Part shown: positions 10,786-22,771 of the stretch, piece by piece
Layout of the letters: each line of letters opens with the position of its first letter
How positions within the stretch are numbered: position 1 is the stretch's first letter
From: Pirellulales bacterium
Lineage (GTDB): Bacteria > Planctomycetota > Planctomycetia > Pirellulales > PALSA-1355
NCBI GenBank assembly: GCA_963733035.1
Contig: CAVTBU010000005.1
Coordinates: forward strand, 288,001 to 352,000
Direction: 5' to 3'
Length of the DNA: 64,000 nucleotides
The notes under the pieces: model-generated
What the model saw: the letters and a program-made list of their open reading frames with translations, nothing else
Told to the model about the DNA's origin: nothing
Databases searched by the model: none
Program-made: the position numbers and the translations under genes

Positions 10786-11631
10786 TCACGGGGCAACTGA
10801 AATATCAAAGTAACGCACGCCCTGTGCGTTGATCTTGCGCTTGTAAACGCGGGTCGCGCTGGTGGCATACAAGGTATCAAGCTTGGCACCGGCAAAGGCG
10901 AGGTTGGCCAGCCAGCCGCCTTGTGGCCGATCAATGATGCCGACCAGCCGTCCCTGAGGATCGAACACTTGCACGCCTATTTGCGTGGCAACGTGCACGC
11001 GGCCAGCCGAGTCGACCGTCATGCCATCGGCCCCAGCATCCGGCCGGCCATCGGGGATTCGCAAGTCGCCAAACGGCTCCTTGAATGCTAAGTCGCCGTT
11101 GAACTCGATGCGATACGCCCACAGATGCGTCCCCTTCATATCGACGACGTAGAGCGTGCCCTGGTCGGGCGAAAGCACCAGGCCGTTGGGATATTCGAGT
11201 CCCTTGTCTACCACTCGCTTCTCACCGCCTGGCGGGATATACCAAATCTGGTGGTTCACCGGATCCGTGAAGTAGATTCCGCCCTCGCGGTTGACGACCA
11301 GATCGTTGCTCAGCACACCGTCGGCGATTGTCGTGGCCTCGCCCGACGAGTCATATGCAACAATCCGTTTCTTGCCGTTTTGGCAACCGTACAGTCGGCC
11401 GTCGGGGCCAAACATCAGACCGTTGGTGCCGTACGACTGGTCGACAAAGACTTCAACCTTTCCCTCCGGTGTCAGCCGATGGATCTTACTGCGGAAGACG
11501 TCAGTGAAATACAGGTTGCCGTCCGCATCGGCCGCTGGCCCTTCGGTAAAGGTGTGGCCGTCGGAAACGACCTCCCAGTTCTGACCGTCGATCAGGAGTC
11601 CGGCCAAGAGTATTACGGCGAGCGATTTCAT
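10786..11631 (-). CDS. SMP-30/gluconolactonase/LRE family beta-propeller
   Basis: FTEGP, NDLVV, YFTDP, PNGLVLSPD, DGMTVD motifs. Confidence 0.92.
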   Translation of the reverse strand: MKSLAVILLAGLLIDGQNWEVVSDGHTFTEGPAADADGNLYFTDVFRSKIHRLTPEGKVEVFVDQSYGTNGLMFGPDGRLYGCQNGKKRIVAYDSSGEATTIADGVLSNDLVVNREGGIYFTDPVNHQIWYIPPGGEKRVVDKGLEYPNGLVLSPDQGTLYVVDMKGTHLWAYRIEFNGDLAFKEPFGDLRIPDGRPDAGADGMTVDSAGRVHVATQIGVQVFDPQGRLVGIIDRPQGGWLANLAFAGAKLDTLYATSATRVYKRKINAQGVRYFDISVAP

Positions 11632-11685
11632 GTGGAGCGATCCTCATGCAGCATCTCGAAATCCGCCCTACTCCCGCGCCGCCAC

Positions 11686-12990
11686 CTATCCGGAGACGGC
11701 GTAGCAGTAGAGCGTGTCTTGTTCGCGCACGTAGAGTTTACCTCCGACGATCACCGGATGCGACCAACTCGGTTGCTCGACCCCAGGAATTTCGAAGGTA
11801 CTCTTCTCCTGGTACTCGGCCGGTGTGGCCCCGATCAAGGCCATCACGCCGTTCTGGAAGCGGAAATAAAGGTTTCCGTCGGCGTAAGACAGGGCGGACG
11901 AACCGGTCCCTGGCCCGCGATTGTGCCGCCAGACGGTCTTGCCGGTTTTCCACTCCAGGCAGGTTGGCGCTCCGCGGTTGTGACCGTGTCCGGCATAGAC
12001 GTAGTCGCCGAGCATGACCATGCCGCCGTGGTGGTTCTGAAAGTCCTTGCCGTCGAGAAAGTAAACTTCCTCGGCCTGCACGCCACCGGCATCGGGTACG
12101 AGCTTGAGAAGCGCGGCGCCTGTTTGATAGCCTGATGAACAAAAGACATAGTCGCCATCCACCAGGGGCGTGGGAATGTTGGCCGTGCGATTGGCGATGC
12201 GGCCGTAACCCCAGAGGTACGTACCGCTCCGGGCGTCGACGCCGACGAGGCCCTGTCCCATGAGTTGGATGTATTGCCGCACGCCGCCGCCGTCGCTGAT
12301 GACGATCGACGAATAGGCCGCACCGTCGCGTCCCGCGCCATCGAGCGGAGGAATGGCCGACCGCCAGATTTCCCGTCCCGTCTTCTTGTCGAGCGCCACA
12401 ATCCCGGCCTCCGAGCCGCCGGGCGTGCAGACCAGCTTGTCACCGTCGATGAGAGGGGACTCGCTGTATCCCCAGCCCGAATGCATATGCCCGCCGAAGT
12501 CTTTCTGCATGCTGCGGTGCCAGACTTCCTTGCCATCGCGGACGCGTAGACAGACTAGATCACCGTGCGGCCCCAGTGCGTAGACCAGCCCGCCGTCGAC
12601 GGTTGGCGTGCAGCGTGGGCCGGCATAGCCTTCCGGCTCCCACACGTCACCGATCCGCGTACTCCAGAGTTCCTTGCCGCTATCCAGATCCAGCGCGATC
12701 ACGAACTGACCATCGTCGCGATCTCCCATCGTGAAGATTCGGCCATCGGCGATTGAAAGGCTCGAGAAACCGCGTCCCAAATGGCCGGCCTTCCAGAGGA
12801 GTTTGGGGCCTCCCTCCGGCCAAGTATCGAGCAGGTTTGATTCGGTGGAACTACCGTCGCGTTGCGGTCCGCGCCATTGCGGCCAGAACGGTTCCACGTC
12901 GCCCGAAGTAGGCCGCTTGTCCGCGGCAGACGCCACTGCGCTGCAACTGACCAGCAACCATCCCACAAACAGCAGCCAGCGACGCGTCAT
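11686..12990 (-). CDS. PQQ-binding-like beta-propeller repeat protein
   Basis: Signal peptide, WPQWRGPQRDG, repeated ALDxxxGKEIW-type motifs, WSHPVI. Confidence 0.9.
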   Translation of the reverse strand: MTRRWLLFVGWLLVSCSAVASAADKRPTSGDVEPFWPQWRGPQRDGSSTESNLLDTWPEGGPKLLWKAGHLGRGFSSLSIADGRIFTMGDRDDGQFVIALDLDSGKELWSTRIGDVWEPEGYAGPRCTPTVDGGLVYALGPHGDLVCLRVRDGKEVWHRSMQKDFGGHMHSGWGYSESPLIDGDKLVCTPGGSEAGIVALDKKTGREIWRSAIPPLDGAGRDGAAYSSIVISDGGGVRQYIQLMGQGLVGVDARSGTYLWGYGRIANRTANIPTPLVDGDYVFCSSGYQTGAALLKLVPDAGGVQAEEVYFLDGKDFQNHHGGMVMLGDYVYAGHGHNRGAPTCLEWKTGKTVWRHNRGPGTGSSALSYADGNLYFRFQNGVMALIGATPAEYQEKSTFEIPGVEQPSWSHPVIVGGKLYVREQDTLYCYAVSG

Positions 12991-13203
12991 CTTTCAGACT
13001 CCTTTTGGCAGGACAAAATCAGGCGGGAAGCGGGAATCTCGCCAGCAACATCCGTCGCCAAGCGAACTCCCCGGCGGGCAAAACAGTCAAGCGAGTGCTC
13101 AGAAGTCTACTCGTCTAGCATGCAGCGAGCAACCTTCGAGCGGGGGCCCAAACTCCGGGCGTGCTCGTGTCGATAGCTCGCACGTCCACGCGCTCGAGCC
13201 GCA

Positions 13204-13995
13204 CTATTCCGCCTGCTCCGATTCAAGTGAGCCGGCGGTCAAAATCGGCCACTTGCTGAGGTCCGGTTTGGCGTTATCCGCGGGGACGGAAGTTCCGTTG
13301 ACGACCGTGAACTCGTCGGTCTGCGGACCCTCAATCGCCTTGGGCGCACGCCATCCGACAAGCACCAAGTGTTCGCCGGCATCGTACATCCACAGCTCGA
13401 AGATACCCGGCATTGTTTGCTTCTCGACCTTCCCGTTCACCTTCACGAAAAACGGCTGAGAGAGTTCCATGCGGATTTTGCGCCAGTGAATCGCCTTGCC
13501 AGACGGTGTGTCCGCATCGACCGGTTCCCAAGTTGGAACCGGTTCGGGTAGGACCTTCTTTAGGCCTGCTTCGACCTCGTTGGCCAACTTATCGGCGTCT
13601 CCGGGCTTGGCATCGCCAACCGCAAGGTAGCAGTAAAAGGGAAGCGTCTTGCCCTCCGGGTCTTTCGCCATCCCTTCGTACGTCAGTTTGATGGTATCGT
13701 CAGCGGGCATGAATGGCGGCTGTCGGCGATCTGGCTTGATGCGATCCCCGTCGTCCGGATGTCCGCTATCCTTAGTGTACGATTGCGTGAAGATCACCGG
13801 CACGCGCACCGAGAATTGGGTTCCGGGGATGACCGTCGGCAAATACATACCCTGAAACTTCGCTTGGCCCCGCAAACGCGCTGCCCCGCGATTGATCAGG
13901 GCATTGTATTCGGAGGTTCCACAGCCAGAAATCGCTGAGATCAGTAATAGCCACGCGGGCCAGGTCCTGCGTGTCATTTTCGTTCGTTGGTCCAT
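13204..13995 (-). CDS. Hypothetical lipoprotein
   Basis: Signal peptide with lipobox ISGC; no family recognised. Confidence 0.65.
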   Translation of the reverse strand: MDQRTKMTRRTWPAWLLLISAISGCGTSEYNALINRGAARLRGQAKFQGMYLPTVIPGTQFSVRVPVIFTQSYTKDSGHPDDGDRIKPDRRQPPFMPADDTIKLTYEGMAKDPEGKTLPFYCYLAVGDAKPGDADKLANEVEAGLKKVLPEPVPTWEPVDADTPSGKAIHWRKIRMELSQPFFVKVNGKVEKQTMPGIFELWMYDAGEHLVLVGWRAPKAIEGPQTDEFTVVNGTSVPADNAKPDLSKWPILTAGSLESEQAE

Positions 13996-14426
13996 GATCC
14001 ACTCCCAAAACACAATGCCACGCGAGATGCTGCCCCAATCTCAATTTTGATTGCCGACGGCGCACGGTGTCAAGCAAACGGGACGTAAGGAATCGTACCG
14101 TGCGCTGCCAGAAAAGAGAAAAGGGCGGACGAAAGTCAAATCCACAGGAAACACGAAATGAGTTCAATCAGGTCGGCAAACCAACCACGACTCCACCTCG
14201 AAGGCGGTTCTGGCTGCATCGCGATGAAATCTCTGGTCGGAAGTCGCTTGCTCCGTTCAAGCATAAATTGATTCTACCCTATGCGCAGAATCTGACCCCC
14301 ACGCCGTCCCGACGATGGCTATGGGCCGACGTCCGCGGTTGCGGGTCGAACGGAGGCGGTCCATAATCAGGACCTGCTGATCTCAATCAACCGAAAACTC
14401 CCCGTTTTCCCCCGATCTTTCGAACC

Positions 14427-17400
14427 ATGATCCAACTCGCTTATCGCAAAGTGGTCGCCTTGCTCCTATTGCTGCCTGCCGCCACGCTCTTGGCCGCCGC
14501 TCCGGAAGTGATTCCGCACCACCAAGACAAACCACCGGGGCCCGCGCTTACTCCACAAGAGGCGATCAAGAAGATGAACGTGCCGGCGGGGTTTTCTGTG
14601 GAAGTCGTGGCCGCTGAACCCGACATCGTGAATCCTGTCGCCATGACGTTCGACGAGCGCGGACGGGTATGGATCACCGAGAGCTTGGAGTATCCGCGGC
14701 GCGAAGCCGGCCCGGGGCGCGACCGCGTGAAAGTGCTTGAAGACACCGACGGCGACGGACAAGCCGACAAGTTCACAATTTTTGCCGAAGGATTCAACAT
14801 TCCCTCCGGCATTGCGGTGGGGTACGGCGGCGTGTGGCTGGCCAACGCCCCCGACATTCTCTTCTTGCAAGACACCGACGGCGACGGACGAGCCGACAAA
14901 CAGGAAGTTGTTGTCACGGGCTTTGGCCGCGACGACACTCACGAACTACCCAACTCGCTCACCTGGGGCCCAGACGGCTGGCTCTACGGCCTCAACGGCG
15001 TGTTCAACCCATCGCGCATCGAACAAAATGGAAAGGCATTGGAGTTTACTTGTGCACTGTTTCGCCTCCATCCCCGTACACGCGAGTTTCAACTCTTTGC
15101 CGAGGGAACGAGCAATCCCTGGGGAGTGGCCTGGGACATCGAAGGGAGCGCCTTCCTCAGTGCTTGCGTGATCGACCACCTATGGCATCTGACCGAAAGC
15201 GGCTACTACGTCCGCCAAGGCGGACCGTATCCGCCACATACCGTGCCACAGGGATCCATCGTCAAACACAAACATCAGAAGGCCGCCTATTGTGGCATTC
15301 ACTTCTTCGATAGCGACGCTTATCCGCCGGAGTTTCGCGAGCGGCTCTACATGGGCAACATCCACGGCAACTGCCTGAACGTCGACGTGCTCCAACGCGA
15401 TGGCTCAACCTATTTTGCCACTCCCGAAGCCGACTTCCTGAGTGCCAACGATGCCTGGTTCATGCCCGTGGTGCAAAAGACCGGCCCCGATGGCTGCCTC
15501 TATGTCCTCGACTGGTACGATCGGTATCACTGTTATCAAGATGCCAATCGCGATCCGCCGGGCATCGACCGGCTCAAAGGGCGCCTCTATCGCATCCGTT
15601 ATCAAGATACGCCGCGCGCTCCGCAGTTCGACCTGGCGAAGGAAACTAGCGCCCAACTCGTCGAGCGACTGCACAGCCCGAACGTCTATTTCCGCGACAT
15701 TGCACAGCGCTTGCTCACCGAGCGAAACGATTCGGCCGCAGTGCCCCAGCTTGAGCAACTCGTGCTCGATGACGGTGCTTCGCGAAAGGCGCGCCTGCAT
15801 GCTCTCTGGGCGCTCGTCGGCACCGGGGGGCTTTCTCCGGAATTCCACGCTGCCCTGCTCGCCAATGCCGACTCGGGCATTCGAGCGTGGGGCGTGCGGG
15901 CAGCCGGTAATTTTGGCAAGGTTGACGACCTGTTGCGAGGCAAGATCCTTTCGCTCGCCGCTGACCCGGCTGCCGAAGTCCGGTTGCAAGTGGTCATCGC
16001 CGCCACCAAGCTCGAGGGAGTCGACGCGATGCCAGTTTTGTTGCAGGTGTTAAGCACCAGCGGCGGTGACAAGCTGCTGCCGCACATCGTTTGGCAAAAC
16101 CTGCAGCCGATGCTCGAACAACACGGCGCGCGGTACCTCACACTTGCAACAGCGTCGCACTACCGCACGTCTCCCGCCGTTGCATCGTTGATGCCGCAGG
16201 TGATCGACCGCATCCTTGCGAGCCGGAACACCGACGCCATCGGGGTCCTGGTGCAAACCCTCTCCGACGAAGCGACGGCCGAACCGCAGACCCTGGAAAA
16301 ATGTTTGGCCACGCTCACCACGAGGCTAGCAAATCGCGAAATCACCGCCGCGCAGCTCAAACCGCTCAAAACCCAGCTGGATCCACTCGTACAGAGAATT
16401 CTCACGGGAGATGACAAGGCCGCGATCTATCCCAATGCCGCCCTGCTAGCCGCCACGTGGAAAGATCACCGCGCTATTGAAGTCGTGCGGACGTATTTCA
16501 ATTCGTCCGAGCAACCGGCATCGAGGCGAATTCAGGCACTCGAAGCCCTGATTGCGGCGGGCGACGACACCATATCGGGCGGCGTCACCGCGTTTTTCGC
16601 CGATCCGCGGAATCATCCCGTCGAACTCCGTACGGCCGCACTCGCGGCACTTGCGCGTCTCGATGCGCCCTGGATCGCCGAAGTCGTCCTGGAAAACTAT
16701 CCGCAACTCGAGCCCGAGCTTCGTCCGCGCGCGATCGAGCTTCTGACCGAGCGCCTCCAGTGGGCCGAACAACTTCTCGACGCGATTGGACGTGACGAAA
16801 TCCCCGCATCGGCTCTGAACGCCAATCAAGTGCGGCAACTGCTCGCCCGTAACGACGCATCGCTGACCGAAAAGGTCCATGCTCGCTGGGGATACGTCCG
16901 TGACGAGCGAGATCCACATCGCGAGGAATTGATTGGCCGCATGCGCACTTTTCTTCGCAAGACCGAGGGAAATCCGCTCGCCGGCGAGGAAGTCTTCAAA
17001 CGTGTGTGCGGACAATGCCACAAAATCTACGATCAGGGCCAAGAGGTCGGTCCTGACATCACGCTCAACGGACGCAACTCGTTCGAGCAGCTTCTTTCGA
17101 ATGTTTTTGATCCGAGCCTGGTGATCGGTGCCTCGTATCAGGCCCGCACGGTCGTCACGGCCGACGGCCGCGTGCTGACCGGTTTGGTTGCCGAGGACAG
17201 CAACGAGCGCGTCGTTCTGACGATGCAAGGGGGGAAGCAGGAGGTGATTCCGCGCGGCGAAATCGAGATCATGAAGACCAGCCCGCTATCGTTGATGCCG
17301 GAGGATTTGGAGAAGCAACTCAAACCGCAGGAGTTGGCGGACCTGTTCGCGTTTATCACGCTCGACAAACCGCCAAGCGACCCCTCGGCCAAAAAGCTTC

Positions 17401-17864
17401 CTGGCTCGCAACCGATCGTGCCCCGGCAAACGACCGACCGCGGAAAGTTCAGCGAACTTGTGCACGAGATCTCTCGGCAATTTGCGACAAATAGTGCCGG
17501 CAAGGAAGGTTTGGCAATTGTGGCCGAGCACGCCGGCCGGGAGGGCGTGCTCCGCACTACGCCCGTTCATCGTCAGCAACCTTGTGTGCTGCACGGCAAG
17601 CTCGACGTGCCCGCTGGCAAACATTCGCGACTGCTGCTCGTCGTCTCAAATGAGAAGAAAGGTGCCTGGAACCTTTTGGTACGCGTAGACGGTCAAACAC
17701 TGCATCGGTCACTTGTTGATGGAGCGGATGCCCACTGGCAGACTATTGCCGTCGACGTCTCGCAATACGCGGGCAAGCAGGTAAACGTCGAGCTACTTGA
17801 CGCCGCGGTCGACGATCGTCCCAGTGCCGCGTATTGGGCACAAATCGACCTGATCTCCGAATAA
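14427..17864 (+). CDS. PVC-type heme-binding CxxCH protein (membrane-bound dehydrogenase propeller + HEAT repeats + cytochrome c)
   Basis: Signal peptide; [20 protein letters not shown] propeller, [15 protein letters not shown]-like helices, CGQCH heme motif, SLMPEDL. Confidence 0.92.
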   Translation: MIQLAYRKVVALLLLLPAATLLAAAPEVIPHHQDKPPGPALTPQEAIKKMNVPAGFSVEVVAAEPDIVNPVAMTFDERGRVWITESLEYPRREAGPGRDRVKVLEDTDGDGQADKFTIFAEGFNIPSGIAVGYGGVWLANAPDILFLQDTDGDGRADKQEVVVTGFGRDDTHELPNSLTWGPDGWLYGLNGVFNPSRIEQNGKALEFTCALFRLHPRTREFQLFAEGTSNPWGVAWDIEGSAFLSACVIDHLWHLTESGYYVRQGGPYPPHTVPQGSIVKHKHQKAAYCGIHFFDSDAYPPEFRERLYMGNIHGNCLNVDVLQRDGSTYFATPEADFLSANDAWFMPVVQKTGPDGCLYVLDWYDRYHCYQDANRDPPGIDRLKGRLYRIRYQDTPRAPQFDLAKETSAQLVERLHSPNVYFRDIAQRLLTERNDSAAVPQLEQLVLDDGASRKARLHALWALVGTGGLSPEFHAALLANADSGIRAWGVRAAGNFGKVDDLLRGKILSLAADPAAEVRLQVVIAATKLEGVDAMPVLLQVLSTSGGDKLLPHIVWQNLQPMLEQHGARYLTLATASHYRTSPAVASLMPQVIDRILASRNTDAIGVLVQTLSDEATAEPQTLEKCLATLTTRLANREITAAQLKPLKTQLDPLVQRILTGDDKAAIYPNAALLAATWKDHRAIEVVRTYFNSSEQPASRRIQALEALIAAGDDTISGGVTAFFADPRNHPVELRTAALAALARLDAPWIAEVVLENYPQLEPELRPRAIELLTERLQWAEQLLDAIGRDEIPASALNANQVRQLLARNDASLTEKVHARWGYVRDERDPHREELIGRMRTFLRKTEGNPLAGEEVFKRVCGQCHKIYDQGQEVGPDITLNGRNSFEQLLSNVFDPSLVIGASYQARTVVTADGRVLTGLVAEDSNERVVLTMQGGKQEVIPRGEIEIMKTSPLSLMPEDLEKQLKPQELADLFAFITLDKPPSDPSAKKLPGSQPIVPRQTTDRGKFSELVHEISRQFATNSAGKEGLAIVAEHAGREGVLRTTPVHRQQPCVLHGKLDVPAGKHSRLLLVVSNEKKGAWNLLVRVDGQTLHRSLVDGADAHWQTIAVDVSQYAGKQVNVELLDAAVDDRPSAAYWAQIDLISE

Positions 17865-17991
17865 GATCGTTTTCACGGCGTCCGCGACATGCTGTGCGGC
17901 GGCCCAGGAATCGATTCACCGTCGACGACGACCAGATCGCAGGGATGATAGTGTAAGACCTTTCGACAACAACCGGGGAGCAAGGTTTCGC

Positions 17992-19656
17992 ATGGCAGAT
18001 TATCAGTTTCCCAAGCTCGCTAAACCCGAGAAAGTCAAAAAGAACCAGGTGCTGCTGGTGGCCAGTGGCGACCTGCGGCTGTCGGCCAACCAGAATTGCT
18101 GGCCCGCACAGCATGAAATGGAACAGGCGCTCACCAAAGCGGTCGCCGATGCCGGGTACGAACTCGTCCGGGCGCATCCCTACAAGGCCGATGAAAAACA
18201 CGGCTTCATCGGCTCGCAGCACGAAGGGCTCGAAGTATTCCGCTCGATCGACCCCGAGGCCAAGCTCATTGTGGCCGAGGCCGTGTGGCAATACTCGCAT
18301 CACGTACTTCCGGGCCTGCTCACGCATCGGGGCCCGCTGTTGACGCTCGCCAACTGGTCGGGCACTTGGCCAGGCTTGGTCGGAATGCTGAATTTAAATG
18401 GTTCGCTGACAAAAGCCGGGCGAAATTATTCCACGCTATGGAGCGAGGACTTCACCGACAAATTCTTCGTCCACCACCTGAAGAATTGGCTCGCGAAGGG
18501 CGTCATCCGGCATCGCGTCGACCATGTCCGCCCGTTCCGTTTCATCAAAGTGCCGGCGAAAGAACGCCGCCTTGGAGCGGCGTTGGCCGCCCAACTGAAG
18601 CGTGAAAAGGCAATTCTCGGCGTATTCGACGAAGGCTGCATGGGCATGTTCAACGCCATCATTCCCGATCACTTGCTACATCCGACCGGCTGTTTCAAGG
18701 AACGGCTCAGCCAGTCAGCGCTCTACAATGAGACCATGCACACACCAGACGACGAGGCGCACGCCGTTCTTAAGTGGATGCAGTCGCATGGTCTCAAGTT
18801 CGTCACCGGTCCCAAGCACGCGGAAGATCTGACCGACGACCAGATTCTTAAGCAGTGCAAGATGTACATCGCCGCGATGCGAATCGCCGACGACTTCGGC
18901 TGCGACGCCATTGGAATTCAGTACCAGCAGGGGCTGAAAGACCTGCTGCCGGCCAGCGACCTGGTGGAAGGAATGCTCAATAATAGCGATCGTCCGCCGG
19001 TGCGCAGTCGAGACGGAAAACGAGTGTTGCGAAAGGGAGAACCGCTGCCGCACTTCAACGAAGTGGATGAATGTGCTGGACTCGACGCGTTGATGACCTA
19101 TCGCGTGCACAGGGCGATGGGACAGCCGGTCGAGAACACTCTGCACGACGTCCGTTGGGGCGATTGGGACCAAAGCGGCACGGTAAAGGACTACGTCTGG
19201 GTGTTCTTGATCAGCGGCTCGGCCCCACCGGCACACTTTCAGGGTGGCTGGAAGGGAGCCTCCAGCGAGCGGCAACCGGCGATGTACTTTCCCAACGGTG
19301 GTGGCACGCTCAAGGGAATTTCGAAGCCCGGCGAGATTGTCTGGTCGCGGATTTACATCGAACGCGGCCGGCTCTGTATGGATTTGGGCCGTGCCGGCGT
19401 GGTTGATCTGCCCGCCAGGGAAACCGAGCGCCGCTGGCAGGCCACAACGCCCCAGTGGCCGATCATGCACGCGGTGACGTATGGAGTTTCGCGCGACAAG
19501 TTCATGGCCCGACACAAAGCCAACCACATTCACGTGGCCTATGCCCACAGCGCCGCCGAGGCCGATCGCGCCCTTGCCACCAAGGCGGCAATGGCCGAAT
19601 CGCTAGGCCTAGATGTCTTTATCTGTGGCACTCGGAAAAACGGCAAGGCGTGGTAG
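17992..19656 (+). CDS. L-fucose/L-arabinose isomerase-like protein
   Basis: [45 protein letters not shown] upstream. Confidence 0.75.
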   Translation: MADYQFPKLAKPEKVKKNQVLLVASGDLRLSANQNCWPAQHEMEQALTKAVADAGYELVRAHPYKADEKHGFIGSQHEGLEVFRSIDPEAKLIVAEAVWQYSHHVLPGLLTHRGPLLTLANWSGTWPGLVGMLNLNGSLTKAGRNYSTLWSEDFTDKFFVHHLKNWLAKGVIRHRVDHVRPFRFIKVPAKERRLGAALAAQLKREKAILGVFDEGCMGMFNAIIPDHLLHPTGCFKERLSQSALYNETMHTPDDEAHAVLKWMQSHGLKFVTGPKHAEDLTDDQILKQCKMYIAAMRIADDFGCDAIGIQYQQGLKDLLPASDLVEGMLNNSDRPPVRSRDGKRVLRKGEPLPHFNEVDECAGLDALMTYRVHRAMGQPVENTLHDVRWGDWDQSGTVKDYVWVFLISGSAPPAHFQGGWKGASSERQPAMYFPNGGGTLKGISKPGEIVWSRIYIERGRLCMDLGRAGVVDLPARETERRWQATTPQWPIMHAVTYGVSRDKFMARHKANHIHVAYAHSAAEADRALATKAAMAESLGLDVFICGTRKNGKAW

Positions 19657-19952
19657 CGGGCTGCAACGTCGGCAAGTTGATTTCTTCAGCTGGCGAGGTG
19701 GCGCATGCTGGCTCGGTGGCACGCGTGTATTTCTAGTCACGCTAGCCGAGTTCGGCAATCGCCGCACTAATCCTATCCCAAAGTGCCCGGCGCGCTTCGA
19801 GCGTGGCGAGTGCACCGTCCGCCGCCGCGTCCCATTTGGCCGGGTCGTTTCCGCACAGGCCGGCGATCAACTTTTGGGCCATGGGACCGTGTTCGTCTGT
19901 TCGTGACAACTCCCGCGGCTCGGCTCGTTTGTTGTCGAGGAGGGCAATCCGT

Positions 19953-20912
19953 TTACCGCGGCAGCGGCGGCAGCGGATCGCCGTAGGGTTGCTGCGGCGG
20001 CTGATAGACGGGAACTTGCGGCCGAACCTGCGGTGGCGCATATTGCACGGGTTGCCCTTGCTGTACGGACGGTCGTTGCGCGACATAGGCCGCATTGGCC
20101 GGCGGTAGGGCTCCGACTCCCGGTGTGGGTGCTCCACCCGCATGTGACGCGTAAGTGCCGGCATCGCCCGAAAGCCGCGCGACCCACTCTTGCGCGGCCA
20201 CCAGGTTCGGATCGGCCTGAGCGGCCAGGCGGAAGTGCTCCAGCGCGCCTTGATGGTCCTGCTTTTGTTCCAACAGGTACGCAAGATTGTAGTTGCCGAC
20301 GCCCTTGCCGTGCGCGGCAACGAGTTGGGCCAGTGCCTCTTTGTTCTTGCCTTCTTCGACGTAAGCCGCCGCGAGATTGTTGCGATAGAGCTTGCTATCG
20401 CCTTCCAATTCGACTGCCCGCTTAAGTTCGCGTGCCGCCTCGGGAAGCATGCCGCGGCGATGGTAGCAAAGTCCCAAGTCGTTATGCACCGAAGCATTTT
20501 TGGGATGTTTGCGGATCGCCCGCTGATAGTACTTCGTCGCGGCCTCGAAGTTACCCTGACGGTCTTCCAAGCGTGCGTAGCCCACAAGCGCTCCAACGTG
20601 ATTCGGATTCAAGTCGAGCGCTTTCCGAAAGCTTGCCTCGGCCTCGGCGAAGTTCCCAGCGCTTTCGTGCATTTCGGCGGCGGCCACGAACACGTTCGGT
20701 CCCGGTTTTCCGGATGGCGAACTTACGGGTGCTTGTCCGTAAGTCCGCTTAGGCTTTACGGCAGCGATCATTTTGTCCGTACCGCTCTTGACGCTCGCTG
20801 ACAGCTTGTCAGTAAACGATTGTTGCGAGGCAGGTTTTGCCGAGGATGTGCAACCGGAGAGTGCCGGCACGCTCATGACCAGGGCTAGTGTGCAAACAAA
20901 CCTTTTTGCCAC
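19953..20912 (-). CDS. TPR-repeat lipoprotein, candidate TadD/pilotin
   Basis: Lipobox LSGC; tandem TPRs (AEASFRKAL, HNDLGLCY, RNNLA); last gene of the Tad locus. Confidence 0.8.
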   Translation of the reverse strand: MAKRFVCTLALVMSVPALSGCTSSAKPASQQSFTDKLSASVKSGTDKMIAAVKPKRTYGQAPVSSPSGKPGPNVFVAAAEMHESAGNFAEAEASFRKALDLNPNHVGALVGYARLEDRQGNFEAATKYYQRAIRKHPKNASVHNDLGLCYHRRGMLPEAARELKRAVELEGDSKLYRNNLAAAYVEEGKNKEALAQLVAAHGKGVGNYNLAYLLEQKQDHQGALEHFRLAAQADPNLVAAQEWVARLSGDAGTYASHAGGAPTPGVGALPPANAAYVAQRPSVQQGQPVQYAPPQVRPQVPVYQPPQQPYGDPLPPLPR

Positions 20913-21060
20913 GGAACCGTCCTCGCATTCACTTCGTTAAAAACAAACGTCTCAACCGCTTCGATCGCCATCTGTAGCATCGTCCAATCGAGGCGCGCGT
21001 CTGCACTGCAAAAACACGCCGTTCGCGGCACTCCCCAGGCACTCCTGCGCGAGTGCTAGC

Positions 21061-21642
21061 TCACTTGATGCTGGAGTTGTCGTACCCGCCAGCACCGCTG
21101 CCGCCGCTGGAGATTCCACCGGCGGGCAACCGCGGATCGGGACGCGTGGCATTGAATTTCCGCGCCACTGCATCGATGTCCTCGGCCGGCCAGCCTTCGT
21201 TCGGCAGGTTTGACTCAACCACCTGGGCCACCATGCCGGGCGGCACGATACGCTCGGCGGCGCGCTCGACCGCCTGAATGCGACCCTGCGTCTCCTCGGA
21301 TGTCAGACCCTGCTGCACGAAGATCGTGCGGCGGTTGGGAGGCATTTGAGTGAGGATGTTGCGGACCTTCGACTCACCTGCCAGGGTAAGTTGGTTCGTT
21401 CCCTCCTGGAAGAGGTAGTCCGACATCAGATTCTGACGCCGCCAACCGTTGGCGATTTGAATGGCAAAGGGCGCCATTGTCGCTTGGCGATCGGGTTGCA
21501 GAAATGGCTCCGGCCACATCGTGTTGCGGCGATAGTCGCGCTTGAACGCCTCGCAACACTTGTCGAACCATTGAGCCTGGGCGGTGCTGGCAGTGCCCAG
21601 GAAGACAGATAGCACCAAAATGACCGAGCCCAAGCGTAACAT
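21061..21642 (-). CDS. Secreted hypothetical protein in the Tad locus
   Basis: GGGAG-type SD, signal peptide ending AQA, WPEPF and NGWRRQN motifs. Confidence 0.75.
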   Translation of the reverse strand: MLRLGSVILVLSVFLGTASTAQAQWFDKCCEAFKRDYRRNTMWPEPFLQPDRQATMAPFAIQIANGWRRQNLMSDYLFQEGTNQLTLAGESKVRNILTQMPPNRRTIFVQQGLTSEETQGRIQAVERAAERIVPPGMVAQVVESNLPNEGWPAEDIDAVARKFNATRPDPRLPAGGISSGGSGAGGYDNSSIK

Positions 21643-21795
21643 CAGTTCCCTCCGATCGATGGGCCTTCTCCCTGAGCGGCCAACCGGTGCACCACCGAAT
21701 TATCCGGCGGCGCGGCCGCGTCATTTTCTATCGACCCGCGAGCATCCCGATCTGTGCAGCAATGGGCGTAACCGTTCAAATTTGCCCGGTTTGCC

Positions 21796-22767
21796 CTATT
21801 TCTGGCCAGCCATCATCGGGAACATCTCATTGACGATCGTGATTGCGGCCGGGCCAACCAATACGACAAAGATCGCGGGAAAGATGAAAATTACGAGTGG
21901 AAAGATCAATTTCACGGCCGTCTTGGCGGCCTTCTCTTCCGCCAACTGGCGGCGGCGCGTGCGCATCGAATCACTCTGAACGCGGAGCGCCTGCGCAACG
22001 CTCGAGCCGAACTTATCAGCTTGAATCAGGATTGCGGCGAGGCTGCGTAGATCGTCGACGCCGGTGCGTCCCCCGAGGTCCTGCAATACTTCATTGCGCG
22101 CCCGGCCCATTTGCAGATGGAAGTTGCACATTGTGAACTCATCACACAGCACGCGGCAAGTCTTCTTCATTTCCTCGCTTACTTTTCGCATCGCCTGGTC
22201 CAAGCCCAAACCTGCCTCGACGCAGACCACTAACAGGTCTAACACGTCGGGCAGACCCAAGAAAATCTGCTCCTTGCGGTGCCGCGCGAGCAGCCACAGA
22301 ATGATATCCGGTAGGTAGAACATGCCGCCCGTGACGCCGACGCTATAGATCAAAGCCTTCTGGGTCATGCTGCCGGTCAGGATCGCCGTGCCGCCGCTGG
22401 CGGTCACGCCGATGACCATGCCGATAAACTTTAGAGCCAGAAAAACGCTAACTGCGTTTTCGCTACGAAATCCCGCCTCACTCAATCTTTGGCGAATCTT
22501 GCCTACGTCCTCGGCCTTCGTCGGTTGCAGCGGGCGAGCCATGGGCGTGGCCTTGGCCAACATCCTGCTCATGGTAGCGCCCTTTTTGACCGGCGCGTTT
22601 TCACCGTTCCGCCGCCGTCCCGGGTTGCGAAGTTCCTCTAGCCGCTCCTCGGCACGAGGCTTGCGAGCACCCAACGTTTCAAGGATCAACCAGGCGCCAA
22701 CGGCGAACAGGCCGAAGACGGCAAACGGCACCAACTTGGCCATCGGCAATGCAGCCAATAAGGTCAT
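21796..22767 (-). CDS. tadC: TadC, type II secretion F-family inner-membrane platform protein
   Basis: LPDVLDLLVVCVEAGLGLDQA, QADKFG, AEEKAAK..KLIFP. Confidence 0.93.
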   Translation of the reverse strand: MTLLAALPMAKLVPFAVFGLFAVGAWLILETLGARKPRAEERLEELRNPGRRRNGENAPVKKGATMSRMLAKATPMARPLQPTKAEDVGKIRQRLSEAGFRSENAVSVFLALKFIGMVIGVTASGGTAILTGSMTQKALIYSVGVTGGMFYLPDIILWLLARHRKEQIFLGLPDVLDLLVVCVEAGLGLDQAMRKVSEEMKKTCRVLCDEFTMCNFHLQMGRARNEVLQDLGGRTGVDDLRSLAAILIQADKFGSSVAQALRVQSDSMRTRRRQLAEEKAAKTAVKLIFPLVIFIFPAIFVVLVGPAAITIVNEMFPMMAGQK

Positions 22768-22771
22768 GGCA

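Noticed and set aside
14050..14107. GCGCACGGT/ACCGTGCGC stem enclosing GCAAACGGGACGTAAGG, resembling c-di-GMP-I fragments
   Set aside because: No P2 hairpin or GNRA loop, no P3 and no ACCGA end; most likely coincidence.
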